A model generated the notes under the pieces. The model made no database searches and had not been told where the DNA came from. It was given only the letters and a program-made list of their open reading frames with translations. A DNA stretch of 64,000 nt, from assembly GCF_006345805.1 (NCBI RefSeq), contig NC_043001.1:16182001-16246000 (forward strand). Direction: 5' to 3'. The DNA is from Octopus sinensis. Taxonomy: Eukaryota. The translations under genes and the position numbers were made by a program. Of the stretch, positions 24,194 through 36,240 are shown piece by piece (the first letter of the stretch is position 1; every line of letters starts with the position of its first letter).

Positions 24194-24851
24194 CTACTAG
24201 CGAACAGTGGTCCCGGTGCGCGCATCCGCGCTAACTAGTCGTAAGTAGTCGATCCTACGACTTTTTAACCCTAACCCTAACCTTAGTTTGTTTATAAAAA
24301 TAATTTATTTACTTTGTTCGAAAAATACTATTTAATTTTCTATGATATGTATTCAGCCTTGAAAGACAAACATACGCGCAAGTCGTTGTAGGATCAACTA
24401 CTTACGACTAGCTTGCGCGTGGTGGTGGAAGCACTCCGTCGGTTACGACGATGAGGGTTCCGGTTGATCCGAATCAACGGAACAGCCTGCTCGTGAAAAT
24501 ACGTGACACGTGCACCCTTAACGTAGTTCTCGGGGATATTCAGCGTGACACAGAGAGTGACAAGGCCGGCCCTTGAAATACAGGTACAACAGAAACAGGA
24601 AGTAAGAGTGAGAGAAAGTTGTGGTGAAAGAGTACAGCAGGGATCACCACCATCCCCTGTCGGAGCCTCGTGGAGCTTTTAGGTGTTTTCACTCAATTTT
24701 AGGTGTTTTCACTCACAACGCCCGGTCTGGGAATCGAAACCGCGATCCTATGACCGCGAGTCCGCTGCCCTAACCACTGGGCCATTGCGCCTCCACTATA
24801 ATTACCTGCTATAATTCATCAACTAAAATAAATATTTTAGTTCGCTAGTAG
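24194..24851. mobile_element. MITE with nested inverted repeats and a (CCCTAA)2 core
   Basis: Perfect 12-bp outer TIR ctactagcgaac (24194-24205)/gttcgctagtag (24840-24851), inner ~36-bp inverted repeat 24227-24262/24381-24419, and aaccctaaccctaacc at 24267-24282. Homologous to 5031-5104. Confidence 0.7.
24426..24795 (-). mobile_element. SINE family C nested inside a MITE
   Basis: Matches 20690-21080 and splits the TIR-bounded element 24194-24851. Confidence 0.9.
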
Positions 24852-24885
24852 TACCAGAGGATGTCCACACCCACCCGATACGAAT

Positions 24886-24896
24886 CTTCCGGAAGT
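24886..24896. promoter_or_regulatory. Palindromic ETS site CTTCCGGAAG(T) in a CpG-rich stretch
   Basis: CCGGAAG is readable on both strands, with a CACCC box just upstream. Confidence 0.4.
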
Positions 24897-26151
24897 TTTT
24901 AGTCTCGTCTCATTATTTGTGCATGTGTCAGTGTAGGCTGAGCAAACCAACCAACACACGACACGAGACAGGCTGCGATATTGTCGCTAGCCAAATCTTA
25001 AAATTACACACCTCAGTAACGTTTTATGAAACGAAGGGCAAAGTCGAAGATATACAAAAGTACGAAGACTACGATAAGGAATCTCTCCTCCCTTGGCTTT
25101 CACAATAACGACATCTGCCTGACCGAAATAAATATACCAGCACAGTGTCTCTGACTTACAAATATCAACTCTTCCTCCACCACTATCACCACAAAAATAT
25201 TAGGGGAAAATATGGCCTCCATTCCTCTCACTATCTCTTTATTAATGAAAAGGCTAATAGTGTTTGCATCCACATTATTCTATTTTCTCTCTGTTGGACA
25301 AGTTTTAAAAGTTTGAATCATTGTAGCCATCTATGTATCATATTTAATGTATATACACAGTTGGTAGGCCATTTACTGCAGTATTTGTCCTGAGATGACA
25401 TCTCTGGTCTTGCTGTGTCAGCAAAGAGAGAGAGAGATGAAAATTCAACTTTCCATGTATACTTTTAATCTTTTCTACTCAAGACACAAGGCCCGAAATT
25501 TTGGGGAAGAAGCCAGTTGATTAGATTGACCCCAGTATGCAACTGCAACTGGTACTTAATTTAGTGACCCCAATAGGATGAAAGGCAAAGTCGACCTCGG
25601 CAGAATTTGAACTCAGAATGTAGCGACAGACAAAATACCTATTTCTTTACTACACACAAGGGGCTAAACACAGAGGGGACAAATAAGGACAGACACACGG
25701 ATTAAGTCGATTACATCGACTCCAGTGCGTAACTGGTACTTAATTTATCGACTCCAAAAGGATGAAAGGCAAAGTCGACCATGGCAGAATTTGAACTCAG
25801 AACGTAGTGATGGGCGAAATACCACTAAGCATTTTGCCCAGCATGCTAACATTTCTGCCAGCTTGCCTCCTTCATATGTATATATTTAATATGACAAATA
25901 GATAGCTATTTTAATTAAATACTGCCTCAATTGTGAATACCTGGATTTTAAATCATTATAAATTTTATAAACATGACAATTTGTCTACCCCTTTTTTGAT
26001 GCAGACAACCCCACCTAGAGGTTGTCCTTACTATGAGAAACATTGCATTAGCTTATTGTAAACTTTCAATATTGCATCATTCTTGCACCATGAAAGCTTT
26101 TAACTGGTTGTTACACAGTTCTGATTTGCCCTTTGTCCTGTAAAGAACACA

Positions 26152-26381
26152 TTAACCCTTTCGTTACTGTATTTATTTTGAGATGCTCTGTTTTCTTTTA
26201 ATTAATTTTAAATATAACAAAGGATTTAGTAAAATAACTTAATTATCATTAAGCCAATGTTAAGAACATAAATTATGACTAAGGTTTGGTGGGAGATTTT
26301 TAATTCCAAACTTAAGAAAACAAGACATTTGTACTACAGAGCCAGAGCCGGTTTCAGCCGGGTTGGTATCAAAAGGGTTGA
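26152..26381. mobile_element. TTAA-type (piggyBac-like) MITE
   Basis: TTAACCCTTT...AAAGGGTTGA ends. Related copies at 42619-42848 (both TTAA intact), ~47929-48155, ~34135-34333 and ~52585-52800. Confidence 0.75.
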
Positions 26382-26716
26382 ACAGTATTCTCCAAGATAT
26401 ACAAAGATACCGGCAGAGTTTCAAAAATCCAACTCAGAAACAATGCTTAAGCGCTAAGGCTAAAACACTGATTTAATGCCAGCATCATCATTGTTTAACG
26501 TCTGTTTTTCAGGCTAGCATGGGTTGAACAGTTCAATAGGAATTGACAAACCAGAGGACTGTCTACTTTGGCATGGTTTTTGCAGATGGATGTTTTTCCA
26601 ACCACTTTACAAACTGTGCTAGGTACATTTTATTTTTTTTCATATGTGTCATTGTACCAGGTGGTTAAGAAGATTGCATACCGAACATATGGTCATAGGT
26701 TTAGTTCCAGTGATAC

Positions 26717-27166
26717 CTGTGCCGGTGGCACATAAAAAGCACCATCCGAACGTGGCCGATGCCAGCACCACCCCGACTGGCTTCTGTGCCGGTGGTGCAT
26801 AAAAAGCACCATCCGAACGTGGCCGATGCCAGCGCCGCCTCGACTGGCTTCTGTGCCGGTGGCACATAAAAAGCACCATCCGAATGTTGCCAGCACCACC
26901 TTGGCTGGCTTCCGTGCCGTTGGCACATTAAAAGCTCCAACCGATCGTGGCCGATGACGGACCCCCACTGGCACCTGTGCAGGCGGCACATAAAAAGCAC
27001 CCACTACACTCGCGGAGTGGTTGGCGTTAGGAAGGGTATCCAGCTGTAGAAACTCTGCCAGATCAGACTAGAGCCTGGAGCAGCCCCTGGCTTCCCAGAC
27101 CCCGGTCGAACCGTCCAACCCATGCTAGCACGGAAAACGGACGTTAAACGATGATGATGATGATGA
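26717..27166 (+). mobile_element. RTE-tail element (family D) with internal ~65-bp repeats
   Basis: gtgccggtggcacataaaaagcaccatccgaacgtggccgatgccagc is repeated before the constant 3' end and (GAT)n tail. Confidence 0.88.
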
Positions 27167-28880
27167 TTTCTGTGTATCACTATAGATAATCAAACAGAAA
27201 CGTCATGTTGATCTGAATTGCAAGAAAATACTCAGTGATACTGGAATCTTATCTTGTACCATCATCATCATCATCATTGTTTAATGTCCACTTTCCATGC
27301 TGGCATGGGTTGGACGGTTTGACTGAGAACTGACAAGTCAGGTGGCTGCACCAGGCTCCAATCTGTTCTGGCAATGTTTCTGCAGCTAGATGCTCTTCCT
27401 AATGCCAACCACTCCAAGAATGTAGTGGGTGCTTTTTACGTGCCAGTGGCACGAGGGCCAGTCAGGTGGTACTGGCATCGGCCACACTCAAACGGTGCTT
27501 TTTACATGCCACCGGCACAGGTGCCAGTGAGGCAGCACTGGCATTGGCCATGACAATTATTTCACTTGACTCAATAGATCTTCTCAAACACAGTATATTG
27601 CCTGACAATTGGAGGGTACTTTTACCTGGGCTTCGTTTGACCCAACAGGTCTTCTCAAGCGCAACATATTTTAGATATCTACTACTAACCATCATGTCCT
27701 GAAACTCTCATGGACTAAGTATGATGAAAAATTATTCTCTGTTCCTAAGAAGTGTTTTGTCCAAACTACCAGAAACACTTCTCTCAACAGTCTATGAATT
27801 TTACCAATTAAGAAAATTTCTGCTAATACAGACAACTGCATGTCCAAGTCAGACAAACTGCATTTTACATTCTAGGTTCAAAACCTCCCAAACTCAATTT
27901 TGCTTCTCATCTTTTCATGGTTGATATAATAAAGGGCCAGTCAAGTATAGGGGTCAGTGTAATTGACTTGTCCCATCCCTCAAAATAGCTGTTCTTGAAT
28001 CCTGTGACAGACCAGAATCTTGTTCAGGGGAGTGTAGTGATCACATCCACTTATACTCCGTGGGAACTGGATAACTGGCCTTACGAGTCCTGGGGTTCCA
28101 GAGAAAAAAAATAGGAAAAACACATCATTTTACTTGTTTCGGTCAGTAGCATGCGGCCATGCTGGAGCACTGCTTTGAAGAATTTTAGTCAAACGAATCA
28201 ACCACAGTAATTTTATTTTATTTTATTTTTTTAAAGCCTGGTCTTTATTGTGTTGATTTCTTTTGCTGAACTGCTAGGTTATGGGAACATAAACACACCA
28301 ACACCGGTTGTCAAGCAGTGGAGGACAAACAAAGACACACACACAAATAGATATAATACATGTATACGACAGGCTTCCTTCAGTTTCCGTCTACCAAATC
28401 AACTCTCAAGGCTTTGGTCAACCTGGGGCTATAGAAGACACTTGCCCAAGGTACCATGCTCTGGGACTGAACCTGGAACCATGTAGTTGAGAAGCAAGCT
28501 TCTTACCATACAACCACACCTGTGCCTTGGAAGGTTTTGAACTCAGTGTCTTATGTTATCACCTGAACAGGTGCTTGCATAGTGTCACACTTTTCACTCG
28601 GAAATTTCTCTTTCCTTCAGTTTCATAATTTTGCTGTAACCCTGCCTCCATGTGATCCATATTAGCCACACATAAATAAACATTCATCGTTTTAACATCC
28701 ACTTTTCCATCTTTGCATGTGTTGGACAAAGTCTATTAAAACAAATTTACAATGTCCAGATGCTGTCCTGTCACCAAGCAAAGTAACATTATCATGTGAT
28801 ATCAAGACAAGTGAACACAACCATTCATCTCCCTCAACTTAATTTCAATTGATAAACCGGGTCATTATGTACACAGCTAG

Positions 28881-29040
28881 GTGCAGGAGTGGCTGTGTGG
28901 TAAGTAGCTTGCTTACCAACCACATGGTTCCGGGTTCAGTCCCTCTGCGTGGCATCTTGGGCAAGTGTCTTCTGCTATAGCCCTGGGCCGACCAATGCCT
29001 TGTGAGTGGATTTGGTAGACGGAAACTGAAAGAAGCCTGT

Positions 29041-29077
<37 letters not shown>

Positions 29078-29292
29078 ATGTGTTTGTGTGTCTGTGTTTT
29101 TCCCCCTAGCATTGCTTAACAGCCGATGCTGGTGTGTTTACGTCCCCGTTACTTAGCGGTTCGGCAAAAGAGACTGATAGAATAAGTACTGGGCTTACAA
29201 AGAATAAGTCTCGGGGTTGATTTGATCGACTAAAGGCGGTGCTCCAGCATGGCCGCAGTCAAATGACTGAAACAAGTAAAAGAGTAAAGAGT
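28881..29292 (+). mobile_element. SINE family A flanked by a 130-bp direct repeat
   Basis: Full-length copy. Flanks 28751-28880 and 29293-29422 are direct repeats. Confidence 0.92.
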
Positions 29293-29879
29293 AATGTCCA
29301 GATGCTGTCCTGTCTCCAAGCAAGGTAATGTTATCATGTAATATCAAGACAAGGGATCACAACCATTCATCTCTCTCAACTTAATTTCAATTGATAAACC
29401 GGGTCATTTTGTACACAGCTAGACTGAATGTTAATTAATGCGCTCTAATAATATTAATAGAATAAACTCTAATACTCTTAATAATAATAGCAGAAAATGT
29501 TTCTTCACTAACATCATGTTTAGCCATTAAATGTTCAAAGAGATTTAATTTGAGCAAGGAGCTAAAAATATTCAATCTCGAGTAGATCTGGAAATAAAAC
29601 AGAAGGAATGTGGAAAGCAAGAAATCTTATCTGGTGGCTAGATATTAGGTTTTTGTTAAGAAGAAAGAAGCCAAGCATAAGAGGTTTCCAAGTGTTCTGT
29701 ACTATGAAGATAATGACAATCAGAATGCGAGATAATATATCAGTGTAAATTGGGCCAACACTGGTGAAAAGTGACAGTGAAATAACAGTGGTACACTTGC
29801 CCCCCCACCACTGAAGCATGAAAAGAAAAATGGTATGATTATGCTGTCACAGAGAGAGAGAGGGAGGGAGGGCATTTAC

Positions 29880-30050
29880 TCCCCATGGATACAGCAGAGG
29901 GACCACTACTGAGATTGACTGTTGTATATTTAATAGGCTGAAAGGACTTTTAAGAATATGAAGGCAGGAAAAGCACAGACTCATCAGGGATAGTAAGACA
30001 GGTGTTTACAAAATCTGATGAAGTTGAACACATGCCTGTGACTCAGAAAG
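29880..30050 (+). mobile_element. Degenerate RTE reverse-transcriptase N-terminal fragment
   Basis: NMKAGKA../SGIVRQVFTKS.. resembles the RTE 'MK.GKA.GPSGI..E.LK.S' segment, with a frameshift. Confidence 0.45.
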
Positions 30051-30419
30051 TCTATTAGAAAGTCTTATCACTTGGGCAATTTCTTTTAACCTTAAAAATC
30101 ACTTGATTTTAACCTTATTTTTTTTTTTTTTTTGACATTATTGACAGATTTTAACCTCATTATTATTACTGTATCCATAATCATTTGAGAGTTCACTCTA
30201 ATTTTGATTTCTTTATGATAAACAGGTATTATCAAAACAATTTCATAAAATAAATGTTGTAGAACTTTATTAGAGTACAATGGATTTATAGGCAAAAAAT
30301 TCCTATTTGCTGCTAGGAATTTTTTTCCGCATTAAAAGACTGCATTCTACAGCAGCTGATGACTCTTGGTATTGTAGCAGATCCATATATTCCACAGGTG
30401 AAATTTGGTATTCGTTAAT

Positions 30420-31400
30420 TGAATTTGGTTTTTGTTGAATCTAAAATCAATGTCATTCTTGATAAAACATGGATCTTTGTTGAATTTCAGTTCTTTGAGG
30501 CTTTTGTAAGAATCGTAAATGGTGAAGGCTGTTGACTCACTTTTTAAAATCAACTCTTTCAATTGTTGATAGTTTGAAAAGATTTGTATGAGGTTAGTGG
30601 CCGTTGCCAGTACTGCCTGACTGGCCCTCGTGCCGGTGGCTTGTAAAAGCACCCACTACACTCTCTGAGTGGTTAGCGTTAGGAAGGGCATCCAGCTGTA
30701 AAAACTCTGCCAAATCAAGATTGGAGCCTGGTGCAGCCATCTGGTTTGCCAGACCTCAGTCAAATCGTCCAACCCATGCCAGCATGGAAAGCGGATGTTA
30801 AACGATGATGATGATAGTCCTGGTCTCAGGGTTTTGCTCAGCTTATTTCGCTCTCTGCACCAAAAGGCTTTCATCCTCGAAAGTCCCAACAATTTTTGTA
30901 ACTTCTGCAAGGTTCCTGGCATAGCAATTTCAGGCACCCAACCAATTACCCCACCTGGTTACAACTGGCAGAGGTGAATAACCGATTGTTTTGAATTGTT
31001 CTCAATGGTGTTTGTCTTTTACAGTAGCAGCCTTGAAGGTAGCAACGAGACAATCAACTGCAGAACACAAAGCCTTTATTTTTAGAGCAGAGTTGAGCAG
31101 TAGGTGGGAGAAGCAGGTCACGTGAAGGCGCTTAGAGTACATAATGTGCAATGTTCCTCCAACAGCTACCATTTACCAGGCAGCACCAAACAACAGTAGG
31201 AGGAAATTCTCTCTTGAAACTGCCATACTTCTTAGCAAATCACACGTGATCTGAGCAATGACTGCGATCCAAGTGACAAACATTCTATTAAGAACGGTTG
31301 GTGGGGTGGGGATCCCATTTCTTTTAACTGAACCAATAAGTACTTCCACCACGACCACCACCACTCAGTTTGAGTCTGGAACGGGCAACAATTCAGTGAT
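30420..31400 (-). pseudogene. Degenerate hAT-type (CGGBP1/DUF659-like) DDE transposase, split by an RTE-tail element at ~30597-30815
   Basis: Minus-strand translation RENFLLLLFGAAW*MVAVGGTLHIMYSKRLHVTCFSHLLLNSALKIKALCSAVDCLVATFKAATVK...PLPVVTRWGNWLGA*NCYARNL...AK* contains the hAT CxxH (CFSH) and TRW motifs. It resumes after the insert as ...QIFSNYQQLKELILKSES...FNKDPCFIK. Multiple stops. Confidence 0.8.
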
Positions 31401-31572
31401 AATGATTTTTTGGCTTTTAACTTTTTACTTGTTCTAATCCTTATACCGTGGCCATACTGGTGCACCACCTTGAAGAATTTTAAAGACAGGTACTTATTCT
31501 GTTGGTCTCTTTTGCTGTACCCCTAAGTTATGGGGATGTAAACAAATCAACACTGCTTACCAAGCAGTGGTG

Positions 31573-31610
<38 letters not shown>

Positions 31611-32296
31611 CTTCTGTCTATCAAATTTACTCACAGGGCTTTGGTCAGCTTGAGGCTTTAGTAGATGACACTTTCCTGAAGTTCCACTCTGTGGGACTGA
31701 ACCCAGAACCATGTGGTTGGGAAGCAAGCTTCTTACCACACAGCCACACCTGCACCTACAGGTGTGGCTGTGTGATGATGATGATGATGATGGTGATACC
31801 TTAAGATATTTCTAAAATCTAATATCCAAATAAGGAGTTGGACATTAAAATATTTAGATTAGAAAAAATCATATAATTACATAAAGCTTCCCATGTTTAA
31901 ATGCAGGAATGGCTGTGTGGTAAGTAGCTTGCTTAACAACCACATGGTTCTGGGTTCAGTCCTGCAGCATGGCACCTTGGGTAATTGTTTTCTACTATAG
32001 CCTCCAGCTGATCAAAGCCTCGTGAGTGAATTTTGTAGCCAGAAACAGAAAGTAGCATGTCATATGTATATACATTTAAAATGAGGGTGAGAAATTATAT
32101 ATTAATTTAATTAACATCAATTTAACACCAGTGGCCTAGCATATTAAAATCTGAAGTTTCAATAAATTGTATTATATACATATGAGAGAGATGACCACTA
32201 TGTAGACAAACCTTATGCTAGAAGTAGATTCGCTCTGGATCTACTTCTAGCATAAGGGTTGTTCACATAGTGGTCATCCTTCTCATATGTATGTAC

Positions 32297-32330
<34 letters not shown>

Positions 32331-32332
32331 TT

Positions 32333-32643
32333 GGAGGCACAATGGCCCAGTGGTTAGGGCAGTGGACTCGCGATCGTAGGATCGTGGTTTCGATTCCCAG
32401 ACCAGGCGTTGTGAGTGTTTATTGAGCAAAAACACCTAAAGCTCCACGAGGCTGCAGCAGGGGGTGGTGGTGATCCCTGCTGTACTTTTTCGCCACAACT
32501 TTCTCTCACTCTTTCTTCTGTTGGCCTGCTCGCTTAGCCAGCAGGGTGGCCTCATTTGAAGGCTAAAACAATGCAAAGCGCATTGTGACCAGTGATGTGT
32601 AGCAGCATCTGATAGCCTGGTCAGTCACAGTGATCACGGTGAT
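32333..32643 (+). mobile_element. SINE with family-C head but a different 3' half
   Basis: First ~185 bp match family C, then the sequence diverges after ctttctctcactc. Confidence 0.75.
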
Positions 32644-32857
32644 CATCATTTCATTTAGCGTCCGCTTTCCATGCTAGCATGGGTATATATATATATATAT
32701 ACGGTTTAAGTAATTGAGATTCAAGTGAATTCTAATGAATTCACATGAATATGGTCCTTAACTAGGATGCACCGGAAATCTATATGGTGTTAACCATACG
32801 ACAAGTGGGGTGATTACAAATAGGAAAAAAAGCAACAAGAATGGATCAAAATATCGG

Positions 32858-32889
<32 letters not shown>

Positions 32890-33356
32890 ATATTCATATC
32901 TTTTTACTCTTACTTGTTTCAGTCATTTGACTGCGGCCATGCTGGAGCACTGCCTTTAATCGAGCAACTCGACCCCGGGACTTATTCTTTTTGTAAGCCC
33001 AGTACTTATTCTATCGGTCTCTTTTGCCGAACCGCTAAGTAACGGGGACATAAACACACCAGCATCGGTTGTCAAGCAATGCTAGGGGGACAAACACAGA
33101 CACACACGTATACACATATATATATATGACAGGCTTCTTTCAGTTTCCGTCTACTAAATCCACTCTCAAGGCATTGGTCGGCCCGGGGCTATAGCAGAAG
33201 ACACTTGCCCAAGATGCCACGCAGTGGGACTGAACCCGGAACCATGTGGCTGGTTAGCAAGCTACTTACCACACAGCCACTCCTGCGCCTATATTTATTA
33301 CTGAGCTAAAGTATCCTCAACATGAAAAAATTAAATTAAATTACATATACATACAT

Positions 33357-33403
<47 letters not shown>

Positions 33404-33654
33404 ACAACAAGACAACAAAAGCATGCCCATTCCTCAATACTAACACAATTATAGAAATATTAATCTCCACTCCCAAGAGCCCTTCCCTGTGTAGCTATCC
33501 AGTTTTTCATTTCCCCAAAATACCACAAGTGGCCCATCATCATCATCATTGTCACTATGTTCTGCAGCTATCACCTTTACCACAACTAGACAATAACAAC
33601 AACAACAACATGAGCTTTACATTCAATTTCCTGTGTCATGTCTTAATTTAAGTA

Positions 33655-35204
33655 TCCCTTCACATTTTTGAGACACTTTTTGCAGGGTCACATCTTGGCT
33701 TTGCTTCAGCTTTACAAGGATTCTAGTTCTGACTTCTACATCCCTTGCGGTAGTTAGTCCCGGTGTAAAAATCAGGCACTTGAGCATATCTCAAATTAAT
33801 TCACCCAGCTTAAACTTCTCACATTCCCTGTTTACTCTATCAGCATATGTGATGTTGTCCTCATTACTATCTTTCTCTATGTTCAGATACTTCCACTATG
33901 TTGAACAAGGAGTTTTTGCACTGAAAATCATCATCATCATCATCATCGTTTAACGTCCGTTCTCCATGCTAGCATGGGTTGGATGGTTCGACCGGGGATC
34001 TGGGAAGCCAGAAGGCTGCACCAGGCTCCGGTCTTATCTGGCAATGTTTCTACAGCTGGATGCCCTTCCTAACGCCAACCACTCCGTGAGTGTAGTGGGT
34101 GCTTTTTACGTGCCCTTACACAATATATTTATTGTGTCATTAAACTTTCTTTCAATTAATTTTAAATATAACAAAGAACTTAGTAAAATAACTTGGTTAT
34201 CATTAAGCTAGTGTTAGGAACATAAATTGTGCCTAAGATTTGGTGGAAGGTTTTAATTCAAAACTTTTGAAAAGAAGATATTTGTACTACAGACCTAGAG
34301 GTGGTTTCAGGTAGGTTGGTATCAAAAGGGTTAAATTAATCGTTTGTTAACTTTACCTCAGATGGTTTGCTTGGGAGTATAAAATTACCCTATCATTCAT
34401 GTTGTCGCCAGTTTTCTCAAGATTAAGCACATTTTCATCTCATCGTCCCAATCTTTACGCTCCTTCCTGAAGATTTGCTCATATTGTCTGTAGTATGCTT
34501 CAATGGGCAATGCCTTCTTAAAGTTCGTATTTGAATTCAGTTACTGAATTCACAACATAGTCTTTTCTAACACAGAGAGGACACTACAAGGACAAACACA
34601 ACACTACAGTGGGGACAAAAAACACAAAACGAATGAGTATGAATATTATATGATAATGAAAGATGAATGGCTGCATGGGCCCCACTCCTCATGCAGTACC
34701 ATTTGAACATTTGTACACACAGTCACTATCTGTTGTTTTTTCTTTCCTTAATTATGATTTTTTTCAAAAACTTTTTCCTTTCTATTTTTCCCTTTTTTTT
34801 TAAAAAAACAAATAATTTTCCTCCCCTCCACACCAACCTTTTAACATCTCATAATCTGGTGAGAACACTTTTCCTGGCTTTCCCGATGACTTCAGCAATT
34901 TCAGCAGTTGTTGCAGCAATATTAATTGTTGCTTCTGTTGCAGTTGTATCTGCTGTTCTTTCAACTGTTGTTGTTGCTGTTTTTGCAACTCAAGCAAACT
35001 GGCTGACAAATCTTCGATAATTTTACAATTTTTCGTAAAATTTACACTACAAAAACTTTGTGAGTTTCTTAACTCCTCAACGAGTTTCTATTAACTCCAT
35101 GTGAATTGGTTTATCTTCATCAAGTTTATCAATTTCTTGTGAATCGTTTAAGTCCTCTTCAAGTTTCTATTAACTTCAAAGGATTTGGTTCATCCTTGTT
35201 GCCA
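33655..35204 (-). mobile_element. Fossil Ty3/gypsy LTR retrotransposon: PBS and fragmented gag
   Basis: PBS-like ...ACA-G-TGGCAACAAGGAT (35192-35204). Gag pieces: LLELQKQQQQQLKEQQ...FSPDY (~34850-35009); YVVNSVTEFKYE/EAYYRQYEQIFRKERKDWDDEMKMCLILRKL (~34400-34560); YADRVNRECEKFKLGELI*DMLKCLIFTPGL..DVEVRTRILVKL...LRHDT (~33655-33900). These resemble K02A2.6-like gypsy Gag. Interrupted by younger repeats. Confidence 0.8.
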
Positions 35205-35469
35205 CTGTTGTGTCTGTCTTCATACAACAGTTGTCACTCTGACAGATATTGTTACATACCAAATGTTCTTTCTGGCACTGTACACCCCCCATTTGTACAG
35301 TGTTGTTATCCTCAAAAGGTTGGATCGTTAGAACATCCACTCAATATCACAGTATAATTACTATATCAGCACAGACATGACTATCAACACAGTCTACACA
35401 TACTCTCTCAATACTGGCCGATGTCACCTTACTTATAGTGACTGCGTCATTCCACTTGCCATGTGGGAG

Positions 35470-36240
35470 GGGTATACCATTATTACAAATTCCTTACAAC
35501 AGTAACAAAAGGCCTCTCCCTCAGAGTGAAAGACAGGTTGTATGATACCTATGCATGAACACCTATGCCACATGGCAGTGAAACATGAGATGTGGCGGCA
35601 GAGGACATGTAGAGGCTTGAAAGAAATGAAGCTAGTATGCCTTACTGGATGTACAATGTCAGTGTGCCCATATGACAGAGTATAAGTGTCTTGAGAGTAA
35701 AACTGGGTGTAAGAGGTATCAGGTGTAGTGTACATCACATTTTTATTCATTTTTAACATTATTTTTTAACTTTATTGACACACTTTAACCTTATTATTAT
35801 TAATATATCCAGATTCATTTGTTCGCTCTAGTTTTGATTGAAGCATCATATGGCGATACCAGTCTTGTGCTGGTATGGCCATGTGATGCTTCTAGAGAGG
35901 ACAGCTGCATAAAGAAGTGCCAATCTCTAACTGTGGAGGGAACCTGTGGAAGAGGTTAATCCAGGAAAACAGGGAACAAGGGGTGAAACATGATCTTTGA
36001 ATGTTGGGTCCCATGGAGGCATTGACGAGTAACCAAGACTTTCGACAATTTGCTGTACTTGAGAAGACATGTCAAACTAAGTGAATTCATAGTCATGGCC
36101 AGTGCTGGTGACACATAAAAGGCACCCGTGCCAGTGACACATGAGAGGCACCCATGCCGGTGGCGTGTATAAAGTGCCCATGCTGGTAACAGGTAAACGT
36201 CACCTGTGCCAGTGACACATAGAAGACACATGGTACATTC
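35470..36240 (+). mobile_element. RTE-clade LINE 3' fragment running into the RTE-tail repeat (family D)
   Basis: Translates TKGLSLRVKDRLYD...HGSET*..AEDM*RLERNEASM..WM.NVSV...LRVKLGVRGIRCS and W.GHV...DSCIKKCQSLTVEGTCGRG...AVLEKT, followed by gccagtg..gacacataaaaggcacc repeats. Confidence 0.85.

Noticed and set aside
24990-25120. Minus-strand ADVVIVKAKGG.. frame resembling the PLE 'DIVIKKADKGG' motif or an exon
   Set aside because: Single short motif with no further similarity and weak splice sites.
28560-28670. Minus-strand MDHMEAGLQQNY...APVQ frame with donor, and acceptor at ~26140
   Set aside because: Joining gives only a ~41-aa peptide with no recognisable homology, compatible with chance.
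29435-29587. Minus-strand 50-aa frame (…LFEHLMAKHDVSEETFSAI…) with an acceptor, vaguely CARD-like
   Set aside because: Resemblance is impressionistic, the sequence is very AT-rich and adjacent to LINE debris, and no partner exons were found. An HMM search would be needed.
30300-30445. Apparent minus-strand terminal exon (IQQKPNS...PSSK*) with AATAAA
   Set aside because: Another frame continues the hAT transposase fossil across the family-D insert, which explains the sequence better.
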